This document shows positions 55,564 through 64,000 of a DNA stretch of 64,000 bases, piece after piece (positions within the stretch are counted from its first letter, which is position 1; each line of letters opens with the position of its first letter). Made by a program: the position numbers and the translations under genes. The stretch covers positions 1 to 64,000 of the forward strand of contig PDIP01000005.1 in assembly GCA_002811645.1 (NCBI GenBank), read 5' to 3'. The stretch comes from Corallochytrium limacisporum Hawaii. Lineage: Eukaryota; Protista; Pluriformea. The notes below the pieces were generated by a model. The model was not told the origin of the DNA. It made no database searches and saw nothing but the letters and a program-made list of their open reading frames with translations.

Positions 55564-57886
55564 GGGGGGGAAGAGAGGGAAATTCCTTTTTGTCCCGGTG
55601 TGGTCAAAGGAGAAGGGAGAGAGTGAGAGAGACGGGGGACCCCGACTTTAGACAAAAGGCTCTTCTGTGGCCAGAGAAGCAACACACACACAAGCCTTGC
55701 TTTTTTGTGGGATTAGTCATAGTCAGTACTGAACAAAGGCAGAAAAGAACAACCAGTGCGTTGATTCCGATAGCAGCTTCTATTCATACATACCTCATTT
55801 AGATCTCAGTCGCCTTGTCATATCAGATCACAATAATAAATAAATATACACTTCCAGCCTATTTAGGGTGCCCTGTCTATCTATGAGAATCAAAGACCAG
55901 AATAAGAAATACATTGTGGCATTTTTGTAACCTATATATTTTGGAATATGTGTAAAGTATCAACAATTCTACATATATTTACTATAGAGTTAATATTAAT
56001 CTTGGTGATATGACCACTGTATTTCCATCCGTGTCGTCCATGAACCCACTCACCATGGCGCCACTTACAAAAATAGATAGTCCCCAAATCCCCTTCGCCA
56101 AATGCAAGGAATGGTGAAAAAAAAACAAAGAAAAATGGGTTTACAGGGCTCCATAGTGTACTACCACAGATACGGGTAACTTTTTTGTCTCTGACGGACC
56201 GGGCGAGAACGGCTGTTTTGGCACCGCGGAGCGAACCAAACCTTTTTAGCCCATCCGGACCAGAGGCTACCCCCAATCCCAGTGCCCCGGTGCCGGAGAA
56301 TAATGCTGATGGTGAAGCGTGCCATTTTTTCTCCTTAATATTCAGTACTGGAATTGCAGCTAGGAAAAGGATGCTGACAAAATTCGAATACCGGTGCCGC
56401 TCTTCCCCTTTGGCTTTGAAAGGGAGAAAATCCATGACCCGAAAAGAACGTTGCGTCATCGAGAAATTTTGCGTTTTCTCTTTGGGTCTTTTTCCTCCCG
56501 GTTTTGTTCTCTCTCTCCCCCCCCCAACCCCGCGCGCTTCGCAAAAGAACCGCGCAAGAAAAAAAAATACAAAAGTACCGCGTTCCAATTTAGAATGAGG
56601 AGGAGACTGGGAGGACCGCCCCCGGACCAGGTCGTCTTCCCGCACTATAGCGATACATGTTATATAGTAAGGTAGCATAACTTTGGGGTTCATCAAGAGC
56701 AACAAGGAAGAAGGCGGGAGAAAATCGGAATGCCAAAAAAAAAACAGCCAGTATCAGTCCTTTCTACGCAACGAAGCACGTCTTCGGCATAGCTAAGGAA
56801 TGGGAAAAACCCGATGCCCTGTTGATTCTGGTCAATTGGAGAGAAAAACGGACCCAATGCTGTGCAAGATAACGCACAAACACAGCGATATGAATCGGAT
56901 ATCGATAACCTTGAATTGGATTTGGGTGAGGGAGAGCACGATGAATTATAAGTACTAATACTGTGGATACGAATTGATCGAGACTGCCCGAACGGGCCCT
57001 GCGGCGATGGGGGAGTGGATTGCTGTGTGTTGTGATGCTGTCCGTGTGCTCTCTCGGCTCCCTCTTGTGGTAGGGAGTTAGTTGGTAGCGATGAACAACG
57101 GTGAAGTCCCTATATATTTAGTATGGAATTTGCCGGCCCGGAGCCTTCGGACCATTTTTGTGCACAGACCAAATACGCCCCTACTTCTTTTCTAGAATGT
57201 CCTGCTCCAGCCCTTGACCTGATGACGGTGATGTGTGCCAGGCGTTTGATCGGCCCTATACTCTCACTATGGAAATATGATCGCCACTGCCACTGATTGG
57301 TTACATTTTCTCTCCCCCCCCTTCTGCCTCGCTCTTTCTCTCTCGGACTCTTCGCATTCTCTATCTGTGTGTATCTAGGTTTTGCCTTCAATTCGCCAAT
57401 AGCACACTCTCACACCACGACCACTCTCTCCCCAGCTGGAACCGCACAGGTTTCTCTCATTCTCAGTACCTACTGCCCCACCTGTTGGCGATGGCCATCT
57501 TTCTGCCAACGTTGACACAATCACAAAAACCTCGCACCGTTTGTTGTTGTTCGCCACATGTTGTTCCCTTTGGCCATCCAAGATGCTGACCGCCGTTGTT
57601 ACAATTGTGTCCAGCTTCGTGAAATCGACATGAGGCGAATTAAAGCCAGAAAGAAACCTCTTGGGACGATCTATAGCTGCTGATAATCGGTGAGTGTACT
57701 CAATGTATCCGAGCACACCCGTCAATATGCAAAATCGATTTTTTTCATGGCCGAGAGGAGTTCACAAAAAGCGGACCAAGAGAGAAATGGGTGCGATAGT
57801 TGTATAATAGTGTAAGCTGTGTTGCGCAAGGATTAAATGCTTATACTAATTAGGAGAAAGTCCACAAAGATTTTCTCCATATATAT

Positions 57887-58002
57887 TTCTCTCTCTCTTT
57901 CTTTCTTTCTTTCTCTCTCTCTCTCTCTCCCTCTCTCTCTCTTTCTTTCTTTCTCTCTCCCTCTCTCTCACTCTCTCTCTCTCTGTCTCTCTCTCTGTCT
58001 CT
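57887..58002 (+). repeat. Imperfect (CT)n/(CTTT)n polypyrimidine tract
   Basis: About 115 nt, almost entirely pyrimidine. Confidence 0.95.
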
Positions 58003-58281
58003 TTGTGCCCGTCTGTACCACCTCCCACCCCCCCATCCCTCCCCTTTCCCTGTCCTCGCGGCGGCTCTCGCAGTGGCGCGCGCCTTTTTTGGCGACGGCC
58101 AGAGTTGTGTCGGGGCCTCTTTTACCCGTTCACGAGCGGTATGTCGAGTATGGGTTGGGAAGGGCTTGGGGGTGGTACCCTCATAGTGAGGAAGGTTGGA
58201 AAGCGGTGTCTGGTGAGTCGGCCGGAGGGTGGCAGCAAACTTACACTACTGAAAAGCCTTAGGGGGGGCAGCTAACTGGGA

Positions 58282-58603
58282 CCCCCCCCGGGGGCATTGA
58301 TCGTGCTGTGCAGCCAGGGATGGAGCACACCCGGCTGCACCGCTGCCTTTGTGGGGTGCTCATAGTGAGTGTACCCAGTTCTGTACGGGCCCCGGTCCTT
58401 GGGTAAGGGATGAAAAAGCAAGAAGAAACACTCCACCCCCCCCCCCCCCGGGGCTTCCCCCTTCCGCTCGTAAAGCACACGAATTTCATTCCAACACGCA
58501 CCACCGACACGGGGTTGGACTGAATTCAAATTAACGATTATAATTCGGAAAGTTAGTGTATCAGTTTTACGCCAAGGATTGTAAAAGAGCCCCCCCCCGG
58601 GGG
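58282..58603. promoter_or_regulatory. Cluster of three C(n)G(n) elements upstream of NDUFA4
   Basis: Copies at 58282-58294, 58436-58453 and 58590-58603, about 150 bp apart. Confidence 0.45.
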
Positions 58604-59297
58604 ACCCCTTTTTTTGCTGGAGGTTCCGACACTTTGAAAACTTGGGGCTACGCTGGGGTGGTTGGGCTATGCAACTACGCCTTTAATTGAGAGAATGCGG
58701 GGCATTTCTTGCGGGGGGACACAGGCCAACCAACCTTGCGGTACTTTCAGTCAGCTCATATTGTATGGCGGCGGGCCGTTCTCGTTGAGTTCAACATGGC
58801 ATGAGGAAAGTGAGAGAGGCGGGATTCGGGCCAAAACGTAGGGGCTAATACCTTTGGGCCGCCTTTGTTTTGTTTGTGCAGGTAGGCCCCAGTACTAAAC
58901 AACCGAACTCGTGTGCTGTGGGGAGAGAGTGTGTGTACTGAATGACTGAGGGAGGGGGGGGGAAGAGCCCTTTCCACAACAGACGGCCCTCAGTCCATCG
59001 TTCTATGGTGCGGGGTGGTGTACGTGTGGGATAGGCTAGGGAAGGACCAGAAGTACGGCACGACGGTTCGTAGTGGCTTATAGCTTTTGTTACACCTGGA
59101 GAGGCGTGATAATACGTTTCATGTGCCCCCGAATTTGCTATCTTTCTGTCTTTCTGTATGGACTACGCATATAGTTTATGTCAAAACCATTCGCACGAAA
59201 TGCTATTTGGACATATGACGAATCCTGTGCAGACGCCACAGGTTGTTTACGCTTAGAACATCCGGTATTAGTATACTTCTAAGAGTTCCAAGAAATC

Positions 59298-59516
59298 ATG
59301 TCCGTCCTCCGGAACATCAGCAACGGTCTTTCCTTCCTGCTCAAGAAAGAGCCTGCTCTGTGGCCTCTGTTCGCCTGTGTTGGTGCTGGAGTCACCTACG
59401 GTACCTACCATTTGGCATTCAAGCTTCCCAACAAGAACGATGTCATTCTGTACCACCGCAAAGACCCTCACGCTTGGAACCGCGGCTACGACCGGTCATA
59501 CAACGATGAGGCTTAA
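59298..59516 (+). CDS. NDUFA4: NDUFA4/COXFA4 (MLRQ) cytochrome c oxidase subunit
   Basis: 72 aa: KKEPALWPLFACVGAG single TM, then NDV...RKDPHAWN. Confidence 0.85.
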   Translation: MSVLRNISNGLSFLLKKEPALWPLFACVGAGVTYGTYHLAFKLPNKNDVILYHRKDPHAWNRGYDRSYNDEA

Positions 59517-60208
59517 GGCAGTTGTTTTGTAATTTTAAGGGAAACAAACTGATGTTTTTGAGCTGCGTATTCAAGGGCAGAACCACGTAAGCATTTACAA
59601 TTTTGGGATCCTTTTAGAGAGTACTCGAAACAAGGGAATCTTGTGTGATTGAAGATTGTGGCACAGCTCTCTGAGACAGGGCTCAAATCATCCGTGTACT
59701 TACTTTGAGTCTAATTCTGTCGATTCGGTTAGTCGTCCTGGGAAACATGTGTACAATACTGTATGCACCGGAGTTTGTAGTCTGTCGGTATGTGAGACGG
59801 GATTTTGCACAACGCCAAGTCGATGTTGCCGAGCTGTACAGTTTGCGAAGCCATAGACATTTTAAACACAATAATACATTTTAGCATGCCAAAGGATTTG
59901 GCTACACATGTCTCGGTGTTGTCTTTTTGTTGGTTAAAGTGTTAAATGAAACAAGCGGTGATCCATGCCAGTGGCTAGTATAAGGATGTAAGTTATGGTG
60001 CTATAATATGATGCAAGAGCGAAAATTTTTGTGTGTGATGTGAATGTGAATGTTTTGTGAAAGGTGCTTGGTTCTCTTGTTGTATGTTTTCATGCTTCAA
60101 ACGTGAGCCGTAGACTAGAACAATTCCTTAGTGATGTCGGATCGTTCGTTTGAACAAATGTGCGAGGTTTTCGCCTCGAAGTGATGATGGAGACCATTTG
60201 AACCAATT

Positions 60209-62068
60209 CTAAGCGGTGGAAGCAATGGTCTTGTGAGCATGCTGGCGCTTCAAACCAATACGTTGCAGAATGGCATCCTTAATCATGTCGCGCTCATGAG
60301 AAGTGCCACCAAGCAGGTCGCTGTTCTCGTGGGCGCGGCGCAGCAAGTACGGCAAGACCTCATCGATAGGTCCGTAGGGCACATACTTGTAGGCAGAGTA
60401 GCCGTTCTGGCCCAGAGTGAAGGACAGATGATCGGCCATGCCCAAAAGCTGACCGAAGAAGACTCCTCCGGTCTCGCGGTTGATGTTGTAGCGAGCCATG
60501 AGGTCCACGGTTTTCTCCATGGAGGTCTGGTTGTGGGAAGCAATCATCAGGTTACTGCGATGGATGTTTCGTAGGACAGTGTCGACACAGTCATCAAAGT
60601 TGTCATGGGTGTCCTGCAAGGTGGCGTGGATTGGAGAAGGACGGCCTTCCTCCTCAGCCAGGCGGCGCTCCAAATGCATGTAGGCACCACGGACCAACTT
60701 GGCAGCAAAGTACCAACCTTCGCGACGGGCACGCTCGAGGTCGTTCTCCAGGCGCTTCTTGGAGTAGGTCAGGTAGCACTGGAAGGTATTAAAGATCAGA
60801 GGGAAGTCGCGATTGTAGTCCTGCTGCAGACGGCGAGTAATGTGGTCAATGGCACCTTGCATGTAGGTCTGTTCGGCATCAATCATGAGACGAACGCGCT
60901 TCTCGCGAGCATAGTCGCACACAGCACGCAGACGTAGAATCATGTTATCCACCAGAGCCGTCTCGTCATCGCTGAGGGTGGGGATGCCTGCGGCCTTCAG
61001 GAGCTTGATCAACGGGCTGGTCTCGCTGGTCATGGACTCGATACGAATTTGTTCGGTCCAATCCAGATAATCCAGACGACCGTTCTCGTTGTAGTCAAAC
61101 TGAGTAAAGAGGTTCAGTGCAGTTTGCTCATCCAGCTTCAGACCCAGGCTCTTCAGACCGGACTGGAACTGTTGGAAGTCAATGGAGTCGTTCTCAGAGT
61201 TGCAGAAGTGGTCAAACCAGATCTTACGGGCCTGGAGCACGCTGCTGCTGACCGCTTGCAGAAGGGAAGGTTTGCCGAGAGCGGTTAGCTTGACAGCGAC
61301 GAATCCATTGGCCTGCCGACTGGCCGCCTCAATTGCACTCAGGAAGAGCTCCCGGTTAGCGTCACAGTACGCTTCACCGGCGTAGTCAAACACACGAGCA
61401 CTAACCACATCTTCACGATGCTGGTCACGAACTTCCATGGCTCCGCTGCCGTTCATCGTAGCCTCTTCGCCTCCCTTGGCGTCTGCTCCATGGCCCACGT
61501 CCGCCTCGGCCGCGTAGTCAAGAATACCGCCGACGCCGCTGGCCCTGAGGCGCTCCAGACTACCCTGAATGTCATCTGCATCCTGTCCCGCACAGAAATG
61601 GTTGAAGAAAGAGTGACGCACAAAGAACAAGGTCACGCTCTTACCGAGAATCTTTTCGCTCACGTCCAAAATCTTCTCCGCGTTGTCCACAAAAGGACGG
61701 AAGGTACAAATCTTAAAGATGGCCCATGCACGCGCCAGCTCAAACAAGGTCTTCGACTTGAAGGCAATGCCCGCATCACCAAAGTCGAGCCGCGTCGGGT
61801 TCAAATCCTCGACGCGGACCTGCGGCTGAAGAAGGCGCTGTTCAAGGCCCCTCAGGTCGGTGGCTGCATTGGGGAAATGGTCAGCGTAAGGAGAGGCGGC
61901 TGCGGACTGTTTGGTTGTGTGTCTACCACTGGCATTGAATCGCTTGAATGCTAAAGGGTGAAGGGTTGCTCGTGCTATCAATAGACCGTTAATACTGCCA
62001 TTGCTACGAATGGCCTGTGCACCAGTGATGCTGAGTTTCTTTGCAAGGTGAAGGGTGCTAACCCCCAT
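60209..62068 (-). CDS. PRODH: Mitochondrial proline dehydrogenase with EF-hand-like insert
   Basis: HFCAG, ILDYAAE, AVKLTALG, RLMIDAEQTY, FNTFQCYL, KLVRGAYM, ASHN, FGQLLGM, YKYVPYGP..V.PYL.RRA.EN; EF-hand-like DYNENGRLDY. Confidence 0.97.
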   Translation of the reverse strand: MGVSTLHLAKKLSITGAQAIRSNGSINGLLIARATLHPLAFKRFNASGRHTTKQSAAASPYADHFPNAATDLRGLEQRLLQPQVRVEDLNPTRLDFGDAGIAFKSKTLFELARAWAIFKICTFRPFVDNAEKILDVSEKILGKSVTLFFVRHSFFNHFCAGQDADDIQGSLERLRASGVGGILDYAAEADVGHGADAKGGEEATMNGSGAMEVRDQHREDVVSARVFDYAGEAYCDANRELFLSAIEAASRQANGFVAVKLTALGKPSLLQAVSSSVLQARKIWFDHFCNSENDSIDFQQFQSGLKSLGLKLDEQTALNLFTQFDYNENGRLDYLDWTEQIRIESMTSETSPLIKLLKAAGIPTLSDDETALVDNMILRLRAVCDYAREKRVRLMIDAEQTYMQGAIDHITRRLQQDYNRDFPLIFNTFQCYLTYSKKRLENDLERARREGWYFAAKLVRGAYMHLERRLAEEEGRPSPIHATLQDTHDNFDDCVDTVLRNIHRSNLMIASHNQTSMEKTVDLMARYNINRETGGVFFGQLLGMADHLSFTLGQNGYSAYKYVPYGPIDEVLPYLLRRAHENSDLLGGTSHERDMIKDAILQRIGLKRQHAHKTIASTA

Positions 62069-64000
62069 ATCAGGTTCGGTTCTAAAGTCTTATGGAATCA
62101 AATTGGCTGTTGGATTGCTCTGTCACGGTCGCACAAACTGGCGATAAAGTGCGCTAAAAGAGAGAAAGCCGTGTGTATCTAAACTGACTAATACCGTCCG
62201 TTACTTTGTGTAGTTACATTCTACTTGTTGTGTACCTGTCCGGTCCCAAATAGGCAGTCTTGTTGACAGCGATCACCAGGACAGAACTGCAGTGTCTGCT
62301 TCTGCTGTTCCTCCACAAGCACGAGACCACATTCCTACACGTTTCAAAAGAACCTGTTGAGGTTTTTGTATCGCGTACACCGTGCCACCAAGTCGCATAT
62401 TAGTCTGACTAAGTGCTGCCGACTTGAGTCTTGCTACCAATCACCGCAGACTTACTCATGAACGGGCTGGGGGAGGGGGAGAGGGAGGCCCTGCCCTCCC
62501 TTTAGGGATGCCGATATCATCCCGTCCCGACTGGCTCCGATGACAGATCTTACCCCCTTGAGTCGTTAAAGAGACAGTAGTTACATATTGAAAGTATTGA
62601 ATATTTTCTCCGCTTGTTTATGAAACAATGCGTTTTTCTTCCCCTTCTGGCTCCGGTGAGAGAAACCACGAGCAAAAGTCGGGCCCGGGGAGGAAGGGGA
62701 GGGGCACAGGACGTGAAGAGGTGGGGGACTTGACTGAGAGAGGGGAAAAAGGGAAGGAAAAAAAAAGGGGAAAAAAAAAAGAGAAGGAGAGGGGGGAAGG
62801 AAGTGCACCAGCAACCTAGCAAATCCCCAGGGATACACAACGGAATGAATTGAGGTACCATATAGGTACCCACTCGGGATGAGAAGTAGTAACCAATGGT
62901 AAATAAATGAGCGATTTTTCCGGAAACTTGCGGACAGTTAATCATTTGCGGCGGACTTAATGGCCCCTGTCCCCCGGGAAAGGGGGAGAGGAGCGGCAGC
63001 CGCACTCGCGGCTCGTCTTCGGATCGCCAAAAAGGAGTCGGGAACTCTCAGTGTCAGCTATTCTCCAATGTCTCTCAGCAGCCAAAACAACGGATCTTGC
63101 ACCCTGGACCCCGCGGTGCGGCATTTGAGGCCATATGTTCGGTATGGCTCCATCGGCCACCGCCGCATGGACCGAAACGTGTTTTCGTTTTTTGGGCGAA
63201 TTGACTCCCCCGTGCCTTGGGAAAATATTCAGCCTGGCATAAACTTTGTTTTGACCCCTACGGCTCTGAGGTTTTTTTTCCTTCCTGGCTTCTCCTGTCA
63301 TTCTGCCTGCTCTGCATGGTGTTGTGGGCGTTGGTTGTTTTCTGTGTTGGTGTGGGCAAGAGTCCGGTGTCGATGCTCCAAATGGTTGCCGCGTCTGCTT
63401 TTGGAAAACTCTGAGCTTATTTGCTTCGAACGAAGAAAAAATGACTTACTTTTGGTATCAGGAATCGTTGCCCACAGAACGAATGAGTTGCCCAGTCGCA
63501 CTCCTGGCGGATGTCGCAGAGCCTCTCCTACAGCGCGGCGCAAAAACGGCAGCCGTTCTCCCGGGGGGGGGGGGGGGTTTGTGCTCGTGGCCACCGCCGG
63601 GTTTTGGGAAGAGCAGCGGCGGGAGGAAACGGGGGGGATATGCTTACTTTCATATCCTATGCGGATGGGAGGATACGAAAAGCATATGAACTGAGTCACA
63701 CAATGGTGTGTCCGGTCCGCTCGCTATCAACCCATCGCTCCGACACACACACACACTCACATACACACACACACACACTCCTCTGCCGAGGTCACTCCCT
63801 GCCCTCTCTCGCTCTCTCTCTTGGCACAGAGACGCAAAAAAAACCCCAAAGGAGCCGAAAAATTGCAATGGCTGAGCGCCTGCAATAAGGGAGAGTAGAA
63901 CCACTACTGATCTCTAAAAACCACTCATAAAGAAAAATTTGGTCTCGACGGCCCTTGATAAGCGTGCAGACGATTTTCATCGGCAGCGGTGCTCACGGCA

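Noticed and set aside
57375-57725. 116-aa minus-strand ORF
   Set aside because: TTG start, no recognisable motif.
62960-63694. 244-aa ORF near the window end
   Set aside because: Runs through homopolymer and low-complexity intergenic sequence, with no domain features.
1-64000. CRISPR arrays, rRNA, transposases, alternative genetic code
   Set aside because: No repeat-spacer arrays, rRNA motifs or transposase/RT ORFs seen; TAA, TAG and TGA all end conserved genes at the expected positions.

Overview
Eukaryotic nuclear DNA from a compact genome with about 19 well-supported protein-coding genes, every one a single uninterrupted ORF, including a 6.36-kb Brr2. The genes are a mitochondrial carrier, TIPRL, an aldo-keto reductase, CYP51, a DGAT2-family acyltransferase, a RING protein, Brr2/SNRNP200, a GOST-family 7TM protein, mL50, dynein LC8, a bZIP, FAF1, MED27, CCDC6, Cdh1/FZR1, a large NAD-GDH, BZW/5MP, a bHLH-ZIP, NDUFA4 and PRODH. 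The mix of animal-like genes (FAF1 architecture, CCDC6, BZW, MED27) and fungal-like genes (Gdh2-type GDH, Zip1/MetR-like bZIP), plus the lack of coding introns, suggests an intron-poor unicellular holozoan such as Corallochytrium; this is inference only. No tRNA, rRNA, CRISPR array or intact transposon is recognisable. The most striking unexplained structure is non-coding: (1) a recurrent self-complementary C(n)G(n) homopolymer element found only between genes, usually 200-650 bp upstream of a start codon; (2) a YTAG-purine motif just upstream of many start codons, which could be an initiator or a splice/trans-splice acceptor; (3) a Brr2 apparently lacking its PWI region, together with a few candidate non-coding introns and a U6-core-like stretch; (4) uORFs ahead of the bZIP. 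Protein identifications come from motif recognition by eye, not database searches. There are four N gaps.
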